Origin: an uncultured delta proteobacterium
GTDB lineage: Bacteria > Desulfobacterota > Desulfobulbia > Desulfobulbales > Desulfocapsaceae
DNA: 64,000 nucleotides
NCBI GenBank assembly: GCA_903901335.1
Contig: CAIUQR010000065.1
Coordinates: 4,667-68,666 of the forward strand
Reading direction: 5' to 3'
Part shown: one piece after another, positions 38,294 through 48,015 of the stretch
Layout: each line of letters starts with the position of its first letter
Position numbering within the stretch: position 1 is the first letter of the stretch
Notes under the pieces: model-generated
What the model was told of the DNA's origin: nothing
The model's database searches: none
The model's input: the letters and a program-made list of their open reading frames with translations, nothing else
Position numbers and translations under genes: made by a program

Positions 38294-38512
38294 CCAATAT
38301 ACTAATTGTCCTGTTGATAGCGAGAAATTTTTCCATATAAAAAAGGATTTTATAAAAACCCCCTTTTAAAAGCAAATTTTCAAATTCTTTGCTATGCTAT
38401 TTTTTGTTTTTGTTATTTCATCATAATTCTGCTATGTTTTGATTGTTTCCAGAAATCAGTATAACGGTAATAATTCATCATATTTTCTCAACACCTTATC
38501 AAGTGATTTCTT

Positions 38513-40987
38513 ATGGGCGTCGCAACCAAACAGCTTGAGACCATCTTCAAGGAAATCAATGACCGTTTCAGAACACATCGTTATATCTCAATAAAGCCTG
38601 GGGATGGCGATCCACCGGAACGGTATGAGGTGACATATACTATCGCCGGACTCCACCAGAACAAGAATAAAGAGATTCATGAGGCAAAACATCACTCCAT
38701 TGCCATAACTATTCCATTCGGTTTTCCTCATTTTCCTCCTAATTGTAAACCCATATCACCTGTTTTTCATCCGGATTTTGATCAGGCAGCCATCTGCATT
38801 GGTGATTTCTGGAACAAAGAAAGCACCCTGACCGATCTGATTTTCCATATCGGGCAAATGATCTCCGGAGAAGTCTTTTCAACAGAAAACGCCTTTAATG
38901 AAGAGGCTGTTATCTGGTACAGACAACATAAGGACCGTCTTCCTTTTGAAGTTCTTGATATTTCGAAAGAATCCCCTGCATCTGCGCTCCCCGTTCACGA
39001 AGAGGATTCTTTTACTGCACTGGAGTCTCTTGAGATCGATACCATTGAGGAATCTGATTTTAAGTCGGACTTCGATTCCTTTGCCCCCGGTACAGCTACC
39101 GAGCCTCAAGAAAAGTCACCACAGGCAATGGAAGTCGATATTGATCTTCTGCAGTTAATGGTCAAGCAAAAGCGTTTTTATACCCTCTATAAACACCTAC
39201 AAGCTCTCCCGGTCGACAAGCAATTCAGCAATTTTGATACATTAAAAAATGATGCCTATCTTGAATTGACCAAAGCGAAACAGCTCTTTCAGCAGGGCCT
39301 CGATTATGAACATAAAGGCCAGCCGGGCAAGGCCTTGGAAAAATTTCAACTGTTGACAGCAGCCGTTTCGGACTATCCTGAAATCGAGGAGAGTGTCAAT
39401 CGGGCCAAAAGCGCTTCCAACCTCCTCTACGATTATCTAGAAGAACCCGAAAATAAACCTAAGCAGGCAAGCATGCCGGAGATTGATGTAAGCTCCAAAA
39501 ATGTTCCGAAAAACGAGAAGCTTACTTTTTTTAATGAGAAACCGGAAATACGACTTCCCGTTTTCCCTATCGTTATTGCCGGTGCCTCAGTCATCCTTTT
39601 GAGTTTAGTGATCTTTGTCTTATCTTCCAGTAATTCCCAATTCAAACATGCGGAAGACATGTATTCAGATTGTCAGGTTCTTCTTGAAAAAAACAACTTT
39701 ATCGGCGCTGAACAAAAATGTAACGAGGCTCTCTCCACCGTTAAAAGCATCCAATTCTTAAAAGGTACGGAAAGGGTTGTACTCGCAAATACCATTCAGA
39801 CAACACTTAATTCTCCAAAATTGCGTCAGGGCCTTACAGGCATGGTTTTGAGAAATGGTCGGTATGTCCCCAAAAGCGATGAAGACGCCTTGATTGCTTT
39901 TAATAAGGCGAGCGATGAGGGGGATGCATTCATGGCTAATCTTTCATGGAAAGAGGCAAAGGACCGTTATCAACTCGCCATTACTATCCATTCCAAGATC
40001 GGCACGATAGATACGTCTGCTCTTGAAAAGATCGGCAGGATCAAAAAAAACATGGCACTTGCCCAGGTGAACCTCTTTATTGAAGAGGGAAGGCAATTAA
40101 AAGAATCAGGGGATCTTGAGAAGGCCCTGATCACCCTTGAAAAGGCGCAGGAAACTGCAAAATCTTTGGACGATGCGGTAATGCCTGCCACAATCAAATC
40201 AATCGAGCCTCTCTTATTCATCACCCGGTTCCTTAGATCAAAAAAGGTCGGGGATACCTATTTTGCTGCGGGAGACTGGCAGAATGCCGCTGAACTCTAT
40301 CAAAAAGCTACTGATACTGTAAAAAACATTTCGCCCCCACCGGCGGCAGAATTAGCTGAATTAAATCAAAATAAGGCCAAAGCGGACCTCTTTGCCGCTA
40401 TACAAAGCGGGAAGGAAGCTTTTAACAATGCCCAATGGGATGAAGCTATACGCAGTTATGAATCTGCGATCAGACTGCTGAAAGAAAACAGTGAAATTCT
40501 CAAACAGGTAAACTCCGACGAGAACCGCCAGAAAATCTCCCGGATTATGCTGCAGGCATCTATTATCAGGGATAAGCAGGATGTTGCCAGAAAACTGAAA
40601 GAGGGAAAGAATAAACAGGCTATTGAGAAACTCCAGTCAATCATTGATACGGTTACTAAGAGTTCTTTCAACAGGGAAGAAGAATTTCAACAGGTAGCCA
40701 AAGAGGCAAACCTTTCCATCGCAGAAGCGAAGAAGAATCAGCTTATCTCTGAGAGCGTTGCTTATCTGGTAGAAAATTACAAAGATATCATCTTAAAGAA
40801 TTATTCGGCTGCAAAGAACGATTCTTTGAGCGACCCGAAGGCAACATTTGTAAAAAAACTTGACGAACGGCTGCTTTTCAAGATTGAATGCACTGACAAC
40901 GGGCAAGGAAAACCGCTCCGCCTGATTATGAACTACATCTATGATCCGGCCAACAAACAGTGGAAATTCTATAGTGAAACTCAATAG
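38513..40987 (+). CDS. Single-pass membrane protein with N-terminal UBC/E2-like domain and TPR-like repeats
   Basis: 824-aa ORF. Residues 1-150 follow the E2 core pattern (ITIPFGFPHFPPNCKPISPVFHPDFDQAAICIGDFW). There is one TM helix (PIVIAGASVILLSLVIFVL). The following 450 aa hold repeated W/Y..A...Y..A TPR-like units. Confidence 0.7.
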   Translation: MGVATKQLETIFKEINDRFRTHRYISIKPGDGDPPERYEVTYTIAGLHQNKNKEIHEAKHHSIAITIPFGFPHFPPNCKPISPVFHPDFDQAAICIGDFWNKESTLTDLIFHIGQMISGEVFSTENAFNEEAVIWYRQHKDRLPFEVLDISKESPASALPVHEEDSFTALESLEIDTIEESDFKSDFDSFAPGTATEPQEKSPQAMEVDIDLLQLMVKQKRFYTLYKHLQALPVDKQFSNFDTLKNDAYLELTKAKQLFQQGLDYEHKGQPGKALEKFQLLTAAVSDYPEIEESVNRAKSASNLLYDYLEEPENKPKQASMPEIDVSSKNVPKNEKLTFFNEKPEIRLPVFPIVIAGASVILLSLVIFVLSSSNSQFKHAEDMYSDCQVLLEKNNFIGAEQKCNEALSTVKSIQFLKGTERVVLANTIQTTLNSPKLRQGLTGMVLRNGRYVPKSDEDALIAFNKASDEGDAFMANLSWKEAKDRYQLAITIHSKIGTIDTSALEKIGRIKKNMALAQVNLFIEEGRQLKESGDLEKALITLEKAQETAKSLDDAVMPATIKSIEPLLFITRFLRSKKVGDTYFAAGDWQNAAELYQKATDTVKNISPPPAAELAELNQNKAKADLFAAIQSGKEAFNNAQWDEAIRSYESAIRLLKENSEILKQVNSDENRQKISRIMLQASIIRDKQDVARKLKEGKNKQAIEKLQSIIDTVTKSSFNREEEFQQVAKEANLSIAEAKKNQLISESVAYLVENYKDIILKNYSAAKNDSLSDPKATFVKKLDERLLFKIECTDNGQGKPLRLIMNYIYDPANKQWKFYSETQ

Positions 40988-41012
40988 ATAGAGAAACAAA
41001 CCAAAATCAAGG

Positions 41013-41070
41013 CATTGAGTACGGGAAGAACAACAGGGCGGTTTACGCCCGTGTCTGCCTGTACTCAATG
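41013..41070. terminator. Long composite stem-loop between the convergent E2-like gene and the cooJ-like gene
   Basis: Outer arms CATTGAGTAC/GTACTCAATG enclose GGGCG-GTTTA-CGCCC. On the minus strand it is followed by CCUUGAUUUUGGUUUGUUU. Confidence 0.45.
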
Positions 41071-41116
41071 AAGCAGTGGAGGTCGGCATCCGTCTTTAGT
41101 GGTTCATCTCAGGACA

Positions 41117-41377
41117 TTAATGCTCATGATGATGATTGTGATGATGATGGTGTCCGCACTCCCCACCATGCTCGTGACCGCCTGCCTCCCGTAGGGCCAT
41201 TTCAAGCAGTTCATTGACCTTGATCATTGCCTTGACAGCAGCATCAATATGTTCGGCGATTTTTTCCCGTCCTTCTTCGCGTGCTACCGCGGACCACTTC
41301 CGGCACTCTTCTCCGTGGCCGAGGTTATGCTCAATCCAATGCGGCAACAAAACCCGCAATTTCTCCGTCTGATTCAT
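41117..41377 (-). CDS. CooJ-like histidine-rich nickel metallochaperone
   Basis: 86-aa ORF with residues 13-21 HWIEHNLGH (H-W-x2-H-x3-H), a helical middle and a C-terminal GGHEHGGECGHHHHHNHHHEH tail. Confidence 0.62.
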   Translation of the reverse strand: MNQTEKLRVLLPHWIEHNLGHGEECRKWSAVAREEGREKIAEHIDAAVKAMIKVNELLEMALREAGGHEHGGECGHHHHHNHHHEH

Positions 41378-41398
41378 GCTCTTACCCCTTCAAAAAAA

Positions 41399-41590
41399 TT
41401 ATTGTTTTTGCAGAAAGACTTTTCCGGTCAAAAAATCTATATAATGAATCGTCATACCAGCCAGTTCTGTCGGTCCTTCAAAAAGGGTGCTTATCCGTAC
41501 ACCCGTGGTCAGCACGTCCAGCCTGGTAATATTTTCCTTCACCAATTCCGCCTTTCCATCACGCTCAACCACCGCACTCATCTGGCACAT
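41399..41590 (-). CDS. cooT: CooT-family small nickel-binding protein
   Basis: 63-aa ORF starting MC (Cys2), with the pattern V.V....G......I..L.........TLF.......I..ID...G.V.L as in R. rubrum CooT. Confidence 0.72.
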   Translation of the reverse strand: MCQMSAVVERDGKAELVKENITRLDVLTTGVRISTLFEGPTELAGMTIHYIDFLTGKVFLQKQ

Positions 41591-41614
41591 GGTACATTCT
41601 CCTTACATAGAAAA

Positions 41615-42586
41615 CTACACAAGAAAACGGAATTCCCCTTTACCCAGAAGGTCATGCAGGTGGAGTAGCCCCACCAGTTTCCGTTTATGATCAACTATCG
41701 GCAGGACTGTTACCTCATGACGTTGCATGATGCTCAAGGCATCTGCTGCAAGTATCTCACCATCAATGCTGATGGGATCTGCCGTCATAATATCTCTCGC
41801 CCTCAACCCCTGGAAATCCAGCTCACCAACAACATACCGACGGACATCTCCATCGGTTACGATACCGGTTACATGTCGATCTCCATTGACAATAATCACG
41901 GCGCCAATATTTTTTTCGTTAAGTATCTGAATGGCCCTGAGTGCCGACTCGTCTCCATTAACGACAGGAATCCGATCATCGGTCAGCATCACCTCACCAA
42001 CCTTGACTTTCAATCGTTCCCCCAGGCTCCCACCCGGATGGTTTTCCCGAAAATCGGCGACTTGAAATTGTTTTCTGTTCTGCAGGACAACGGACAGCGC
42101 ATCCCCCATCGCCAGCGTTGCCGTCGTACTGGCCGTCGGCGCCAGTCCCAGAGGGCATGCCTCTCTTGGAACACCAATATCGAGGACTATATCGGAGGCC
42201 TTGGCCAGGGTCGAATCCATGCCACCCGTCATCGCAATAATTGCTGTTCCCCTTTTTTTCAGACTGGCCAGAAGGGCATTGAGCTCATACGTTTCGCCGG
42301 AATACGAAATAGCAATAACGACATCGGTCGACATGACCATACCAAGATCCCCATGCATGGCCTCTACCGGATGAAGAAAAAAAGACGGGGTACCGGTGCT
42401 GTTTAAGGTGGCGGTGATCTTCTGGCCTATGATCCCCGATTTCCCTATACCGGTTATCACCAACCTGCTTGGACAATCTACGATGAGATCAACAGCTTGA
42501 ATAAATTCGTCACCAATACGTTCGCGAACGCTTGCCAGCCCCTGCTCTTCAATGAGAAATACTTTCTGTGCTTCCTGAATTGACAT
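41615..42586 (-). CDS. kpsF: Arabinose-5-phosphate isomerase (SIS plus tandem CBS domains)
   Basis: 323-aa ORF with GIGKSG, the LHPVEAMHGDLGM SIS motif and two CBS repeats. Confidence 0.9.
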   Translation of the reverse strand: MSIQEAQKVFLIEEQGLASVRERIGDEFIQAVDLIVDCPSRLVITGIGKSGIIGQKITATLNSTGTPSFFLHPVEAMHGDLGMVMSTDVVIAISYSGETYELNALLASLKKRGTAIIAMTGGMDSTLAKASDIVLDIGVPREACPLGLAPTASTTATLAMGDALSVVLQNRKQFQVADFRENHPGGSLGERLKVKVGEVMLTDDRIPVVNGDESALRAIQILNEKNIGAVIIVNGDRHVTGIVTDGDVRRYVVGELDFQGLRARDIMTADPISIDGEILAADALSIMQRHEVTVLPIVDHKRKLVGLLHLHDLLGKGEFRFLV

Positions 42587-43031
42587 TATTTAGCTCATTT
42601 TTCTTCTACTTCGCATTACCCTGTCCCTTATATCGGCAGTAAAGGGTACCATATTTCGATTCAGTCCTCTTGTTATTTATCCAAAGAGAGATACTTGTCC
42701 CAATCATTAAATGAACCCATCCGGAAATGCCCATAGCTCATCAAGGGCCTGTATCATGCCTTATGCCCCCCCAAAGTAATCACCTGCCCATAGATTATCA
42801 AGCTCGGAGTCAGAGAATTGCCTTAACTATTCCGTCAATTTTCAGATACCAAACTGACGCTCCTGCCTGTTTCGGTCGTTTCCTCACGTATTTCCTTAAT
42901 TTTCCTTGACATCGTTTCTACTGCGGTTTCAATATAAAACTCATTTTCTAAAATAATCCTTGCAGGATTTCTTATCATAGCTACCTTACAGGGATGATTT
43001 TTTCAAGCTAACGTCATAACGGAGATATCAC

Positions 43032-44198
43032 ATGTCAAATTATCTTTTTACATCGGAATCTGTTTCAGAAGGACATCCTGATAAAGTTGCAGACCAGATT
43101 TCCGATGCCATCCTGGACGCCATTCTTACCCAGGATAAATATGCCCGTGTTGGTTGCGAGACTATGGTCACTACCGGTATGGCCATCATCGCCGGAGAGA
43201 TTACCACTACCGCATGGGTCGATTTACCCGAGGTCGTCCGTCATACTATTCGTGACATCGGCTACAATTCTTCCGATATGGGCTTTGACTGGCAATCCTG
43301 TGCCGTCCTTTCCTCCATCGATAAACAGTCTGCGGATATTGCCCAAGGGGTCAATGAGGGGTCCGGTCTGGACCTTGAGCAGGGGGCAGGCGACCAGGGA
43401 CTGATGTTCGGGTATGCCTGCAACGAGACCGACGTCCTCATGCCCTTGCCGATTACCCTTGCGCATCGTCTGATGAAGAAACAATCTGAGGTTCGAAAAT
43501 CACATCGCCTGCCCTGGCTCAGACCGGATGCCAAGAGTCAGGTAACGGTCGAATATGAAGACAACTGCCCCAAACGTATCGAGGCTGTAGTCCTGTCTAC
43601 CCAGCATAATCAGGATATCAGCTATAACGACCTGAAAGAGGCGGTGATGGAAGACATTATCAAGCCCATTCTCCCCTCCGACATGCTCGATGCTCAGACG
43701 AAATTTTTCATCAATCCGACCGGCAGATTCGTCATCGGAGGTCCTGTTGGAGACTGCGGCGTTACCGGACGGAAAATCATCGTCGACACCTATGGCGGCA
43801 AAGGTTCTCACGGTGGCGGTGCCTTTTCCGGCAAGGATCCTTCCAAGGTCGACAGGTCTTCTTCCTATATGGGACGGTATGTGGCTAAAAATATCATTGC
43901 AGCAGGTATAGCAACCGAGGTGGAGGTCCAGATTGCCTATGCGATAGGTATCTCCAGGCCTGTTTCGATCAATGTCAACAGTTTCGGCACCGGTCGGATT
44001 TCCGATCAGAAGATCAAAGAGCTCATCACTGAATTTTTCGATCTCCGTCCAAAGGCTATTATTCAGCATCTCGATCTGCTTCGTCCCATCTATAAGGCAA
44101 CCGCCGCTTATGGCCATTTCGGCAGAAAACATGCCAATTTTACCTGGGAACAAACCGATAAGGCAGCGGAATTAAAGGCTGCGGCTGGTTTAGTCTGA
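43032..44198 (+). CDS. metK: S-adenosylmethionine synthase
   Basis: 388-aa ORF with [20 protein letters not shown] and [16 protein letters not shown]. Confidence 0.97.
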   Translation: MSNYLFTSESVSEGHPDKVADQISDAILDAILTQDKYARVGCETMVTTGMAIIAGEITTTAWVDLPEVVRHTIRDIGYNSSDMGFDWQSCAVLSSIDKQSADIAQGVNEGSGLDLEQGAGDQGLMFGYACNETDVLMPLPITLAHRLMKKQSEVRKSHRLPWLRPDAKSQVTVEYEDNCPKRIEAVVLSTQHNQDISYNDLKEAVMEDIIKPILPSDMLDAQTKFFINPTGRFVIGGPVGDCGVTGRKIIVDTYGGKGSHGGGAFSGKDPSKVDRSSSYMGRYVAKNIIAAGIATEVEVQIAYAIGISRPVSINVNSFGTGRISDQKIKELITEFFDLRPKAIIQHLDLLRPIYKATAAYGHFGRKHANFTWEQTDKAAELKAAAGLV

Positions 44199-44213
44199 TT
44201 TTTTTACTCTCTA

Positions 44214-44248
44214 GCCCATCCTTGCTAAAAGGGTGGGCCTTCTTTTTT
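44214..44248 (+). terminator. Strong stem-loop plus U-tract between metK and ahcY
   Basis: GCCCATCCTT-GCTAA-AAGGGTGGGC followed by CTTCTTTTTT. It ends 22 nt before the ahcY ATG. Confidence 0.6.
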
Positions 44249-44270
44249 GAACGAAACAGAGGCGTCCATT

Positions 44271-45569
44271 ATGACAACATCTGAAAATGATTACAAAGTA
44301 GCTGATATTTCTCTGGCAGAATGGGGCCGAAAAGAAATTGCCATCGCTGAGACAGAAATGCCGGGATTGATGTCAATGCGCGAGGAATATCACATATCCC
44401 AACCCCTGAAAGGTGCTCGCATCGCCGGTTGCCTGCATATGACTATCCAGACAGCCGTACTCATGCAAACCCTGGTTGATCTGGGGGCTCAAATCCGCTG
44501 GTCCTCCTGCAATATCTTTTCTACCCAGGATCACGCTGCTGCTGCGATGGCGGCCGCCGGTATTCCAACATTTGCCTGGAAAGGGGAAAACGAAGAGCAG
44601 TTCTGGTGGTGCATCGATCAGACCATCTTCGGTCCAAACAACTGGCGTCCCAATATGATTCTTGATGACGGCGGCGATCTGACCCTCGTGATGCATGAAA
44701 AGTATACAAAAGAGATGGCCGCCGTCAAAGGCATCAGCGAAGAAACCACCACGGGAGTGCATCGGCTGAACGAGATGGCCAAAACCGGCAGACTGATGTG
44801 CCCGGCCTTTAATGTCAATGACTCCGTGACCAAATCCAAATTCGACAACCTGTATGGTTGCCGGGAATCCCTTATCGACGGCATCAAACGCGCCACCGAT
44901 GTGATGATTGCCGGGAAGAATGCTGTTGTTGTCGGATATGGCGATGTCGGCAAAGGATGTGCTCAGGCCCTTCGAGGCATGGGAGCAACAGTGTATATTA
45001 CCGAGATTGATCCTATCTGTGCCCTGCAGGCTGCGATGGAAGGATATCGGGTGGTGACCATGGAAGAGGTGGCCGCCATTGGTAATATCTTTGTTACCTG
45101 CACAGGCAATCTCAAGGTCATTACCAGGGAGCATATGGAACAGATGCCTGCTCAGGCTATTGTTTGCAATATTGGGCACTTCGACTCTGAGATTGACATT
45201 GCAGGTATCAGGAATCTGCCCTGGGAAAACATCAAGCCTCAGGTTGACCATGTCATTTTCCCAAACGGCAAGAGACTGATCGTTCTTGCCGAGGGCCGAC
45301 TTGTGAATCTGGGCTGCGCGACCGGCCACCCAAGTTTTGTGATGAGCAATTCCTTTACAAATCAGGTTCTTGCCCAGATTGAACTTTGGAAAAATCCAAA
45401 TAAATACGAAAACAAGGTTTATTTCTTACCGAAAAAACTCGACGAGATGGTGGCACGGCTTCATCTCAAAAAAATCGGGGCGAACCTGACTGTTTTGACC
45501 GCTAAGCAGGCTGACTATATAGGAGTTACCATCGAAGGTCCCTATAAACCGGAATATTATCGCTATTGA
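44271..45569 (+). CDS. ahcY: Adenosylhomocysteinase
   Basis: The track ORF starts at TTG 44247; the ATG at 44271 gives [26 protein letters not shown] motif GYGDVGKG. Confidence 0.97.
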   Translation: MTTSENDYKVADISLAEWGRKEIAIAETEMPGLMSMREEYHISQPLKGARIAGCLHMTIQTAVLMQTLVDLGAQIRWSSCNIFSTQDHAAAAMAAAGIPTFAWKGENEEQFWWCIDQTIFGPNNWRPNMILDDGGDLTLVMHEKYTKEMAAVKGISEETTTGVHRLNEMAKTGRLMCPAFNVNDSVTKSKFDNLYGCRESLIDGIKRATDVMIAGKNAVVVGYGDVGKGCAQALRGMGATVYITEIDPICALQAAMEGYRVVTMEEVAAIGNIFVTCTGNLKVITREHMEQMPAQAIVCNIGHFDSEIDIAGIRNLPWENIKPQVDHVIFPNGKRLIVLAEGRLVNLGCATGHPSFVMSNSFTNQVLAQIELWKNPNKYENKVYFLPKKLDEMVARLHLKKIGANLTVLTAKQADYIGVTIEGPYKPEYYRY

Positions 45570-45596
45570 TTCCAAACGGATTGGTATCACATCGAC

Positions 45597-45631
45597 AGGC
45601 CTGGACCTCAATTGAGTTTCAGGCCTTTTTT
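45597..45631 (+). terminator. Intrinsic terminator after ahcY
   Basis: AGGCCTG...CAGGCCT stem followed by TTTTTT, 28 nt after the ahcY stop. It abuts the birA stop. Confidence 0.55.
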
Positions 45632-45632
45632 G

Positions 45633-46409
45633 TCAGGAACAACTACATCCTTTGCTTCCGAATTTCTCCGCCAGACTTATGTCACCGGACAATATCTGAT
45701 GCATATTTCCCTCCTGGTCTTTCGCCATTAACCGGCCTGCATCATCCGGTCCCTCTGACTGTCCATAGATGATCTCTCCGGAAGTTGATACCCATTGCAA
45801 CCACTTGCCGGAAAGCATATCTCTTTTTCGCCAGTCCTTCAGTATTGCTCCAAATCCGAATGATTCAAACAGTCTCAGTTTTTCAAGGAGATGCATTCTC
45901 ACCCGATGGAATATTTCCTGAATATCATATTCGGTCCCAGTCAGGAGCCGAAGAGAGGTGGCCTTACTTTGCAAGTCCAGCGGAAAATCTCTGTTTTCAG
46001 TATTCACATTGATACCGATACCGACAATCGCAAAACGTTTTTCTCTCTCTTCGGTCAAGGATGAGGATTCCGTCAAGATTCCGCAGCATTTTTTTCCATC
46101 CGCATAGACATCGTTAGGCCATTTCAATCTCATTTCCAGTCCTGTTATCTCTTCTAAAGCAATCGCCACTGCCAGGCCTGCTGTCAATGTAATCTTCGGA
46201 TAGTCTTCAAGGGCCAGGTGGGGACGAACAATTATCGAACAATAGAGCCCCTTGCCTGGGGGAGACTGCCAGACCTTTCCCAGTCGTCCACGGCCCTCTC
46301 CTTGGGACACTGCTATGACTGCTGTCCCGGAGGGTTCCCCGTTCAAGGCCAGATCATAAGCAACTTTATTGGTAGAGGAGGTTTCTTGTAAATAATGAAT
46401 CCTGACCAT
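45633..46409 (-). CDS. birA: Biotin--[acetyl-CoA-carboxylase] ligase (no N-terminal HTH)
   Basis: ATG at 46409 (MVRIHYLQETSSTN). The longer track start at 46469 would run through the dsrD terminator. GRGRLGKVW motif present. Confidence 0.85.
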   Translation of the reverse strand: MVRIHYLQETSSTNKVAYDLALNGEPSGTAVIAVSQGEGRGRLGKVWQSPPGKGLYCSIIVRPHLALEDYPKITLTAGLAVAIALEEITGLEMRLKWPNDVYADGKKCCGILTESSSLTEEREKRFAIVGIGINVNTENRDFPLDLQSKATSLRLLTGTEYDIQEIFHRVRMHLLEKLRLFESFGFGAILKDWRKRDMLSGKWLQWVSTSGEIIYGQSEGPDDAGRLMAKDQEGNMHQILSGDISLAEKFGSKGCSCS

Positions 46410-46436
46410 TAACCTATCACTCCATTTCCATAAAGC

Positions 46437-46467
46437 AAAAAAAAAGCGCGGAGTAAAAATACCCCGC
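46437..46467 (-). terminator. Intrinsic terminator of the dsrABD operon
   Basis: The minus strand reads GCGGGGU-AUUUUU-ACUCCGC followed by GCUUUUUUUUU, about 30 nt after the dsrD stop. Confidence 0.65.
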
Positions 46468-46498
46468 ACTTTCCAAACTTCAAATGAAAAAAGACCTT

Positions 46499-46744
46499 CT
46501 AATTAACGCCTTCGGCTCCCTCTTCATTTTTAATACGAGATTTCAGCGCATACATGGTGGTAGAACCGGAAGACCAAAACATCAGCTTCCCTTCTTTTAC
46601 CAGATCATTTGCTGCATTCTTCACAACACGAGGCTTTGAGTCAACATCGCATTCGTAGAAATCTTTAATATACAACTGAGGCTTCGGAGATTTTGTTGCT
46701 TTCTCCAAAATTGCAAGTTTGAGATCTTCAATGCTTAAGGCCAT
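46499..46744 (-). CDS. dsrD: Dissimilatory sulfite reductase protein D
   Basis: 81-aa ORF directly after dsrB. It is a Lys-rich winged-helix-like small protein of typical DsrD size and position (..KPRVVKNAANDLVKEGKL..WSSGSTTMY). Confidence 0.85.
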   Translation of the reverse strand: MALSIEDLKLAILEKATKSPKPQLYIKDFYECDVDSKPRVVKNAANDLVKEGKLMFWSSGSTTMYALKSRIKNEEGAEGVN

Positions 46745-46787
46745 AACAAATCTCCTTTTTGATTTTTTGAGAAGAAAGCATCAAGGT

Positions 46788-46820
46788 TTCCGACCGGTCC
46801 GACATTCGAGCCGGTCGGAA
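46788..46820 (-). other. Intercistronic perfect 10-bp stem-loop between dsrB and dsrD
   Basis: TTCCGACCGG, a 13-nt loop, then CCGGTCGGAA, 14 nt after the dsrB stop. There is no U-tract, so it is unlikely to be a full terminator. Confidence 0.4.
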
Positions 46821-46833
46821 AATATCACTTTAA

Positions 46834-47961
46834 TTACTTAATATGGCTTGTGTACTTGAACTGAGTTGTAGTACGCCAGGTGTCATATGCAAGGCGATAG
46901 TCGTCGATGCTTTTCTCTGTAAACGGTATATCACATTTCTCGAAAAATTTCTCCCAGCCGATACGCTCGGCCCATTCACCGACGCGCTCATATTTCTTGG
47001 CGTCTCCAGCATAGGCAACAAGAATCTTCTTGATGGCTGCAACGGTCTCAGGCCAGCGAGGAGTAGTATTCGGCAGAAATGGAATAACAAGTTTAGAGAA
47101 TTTCGGCGCACTTATACGGTTGGAAACCTTTCCACCAACAAGGATCGCGATACCGTCTCCTTCCGGATCAGCGAGAGGCATAGCCGGACACATGGTGTAG
47201 CAGTTACCGCAGAACATGCACCGCTCATTGTTAACCTTAACGGTCTTGATCTCTTTTCCGTCAATCTCGATTTTTGCAGGTTTGACAGCGCCAAGGGGAC
47301 AGGAAGCGATAGCCAGAGGCAGCTCGCAGACACCGGTGATACGACTGTGGTCGATCATCGGCGGCTTACGATGCACACCAAGGATGGCAATGTCGGATGC
47401 ATGTACAGCGCCGCACATATTCAGACAACAGGCCAGGGCGATACGGCATTGCGCAGGCAGGGTCATGGAGGTGAAGTAGTCGAACAACTCATCCATAACG
47501 GCCTTGACAACACCGGAGGCATCCGTTGCCGGAGTGTGGCAATGAACCCATCCTTGCGTATGAACGATATTGGTCACACCGGCTCCGGTTCCACCAACGG
47601 GGAACTTATTGCCGCGACTCTTCAGATCGTCCAGCAAAGGCTGAACCTTCGCCTTGGAATCGACCATGAACTCTATATTGTTCCTGGTAGTAAAGCGCAT
47701 GAAGCCATCACAATGTTTATCGGCGATATCACAGATCTCGCGAACAAACTCAACTGACATCAAACGCACACCGCCGGCTCGAATCGTGTAGACCTCGGCC
47801 CCTGTCTCGGACTTATGCAACAGGACACCGGGCTGAAGAATCTCATGCCAGAGCCATTTGCCTTTGTTTTCCTTGATGACAGCGGGGAAAAACTGCTCAT
47901 AATAGAGCGGACCGAGATCGGAAATCCTTCCTTCCATCGGTTTTTCTGGATTATATCCCAT
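46834..47961 (-). CDS. dsrB: Dissimilatory sulfite reductase beta subunit
   Basis: 375-aa ORF with ferredoxin-insert cysteines [12 protein letters not shown] and siroheme/FeS Cys motifs. Follows dsrA. Confidence 0.95.
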   Translation of the reverse strand: MGYNPEKPMEGRISDLGPLYYEQFFPAVIKENKGKWLWHEILQPGVLLHKSETGAEVYTIRAGGVRLMSVEFVREICDIADKHCDGFMRFTTRNNIEFMVDSKAKVQPLLDDLKSRGNKFPVGGTGAGVTNIVHTQGWVHCHTPATDASGVVKAVMDELFDYFTSMTLPAQCRIALACCLNMCGAVHASDIAILGVHRKPPMIDHSRITGVCELPLAIASCPLGAVKPAKIEIDGKEIKTVKVNNERCMFCGNCYTMCPAMPLADPEGDGIAILVGGKVSNRISAPKFSKLVIPFLPNTTPRWPETVAAIKKILVAYAGDAKKYERVGEWAERIGWEKFFEKCDIPFTEKSIDDYRLAYDTWRTTTQFKYTSHIK

Positions 47962-48015
47962 GATGTAAAACTCCTTATAGTATCATTGATAAAAACGAAT
48001 CAAATCATAACAGCA

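Noticed and set aside
42587-43031. 445-bp untranslated region upstream of metK, checked for a SAM-type riboswitch
   Set aside because: It contains UUAUCAAG-like strings, but I could not find the conserved SAM-I core (GGCCC..UGA..CCC..GCAACC, AGAUGAG closing) or a SAM-II or SAM/SAH-like pseudoknot pattern by eye. A covariance-model scan (Rfam) would be needed to rule it in or out.
46410-46469. Upstream extension of the birA ORF
   Set aside because: The extension would be translated through the dsrABD intrinsic terminator (46437-46467). The ATG at 46409 gives a normal class I BirA N-terminus.
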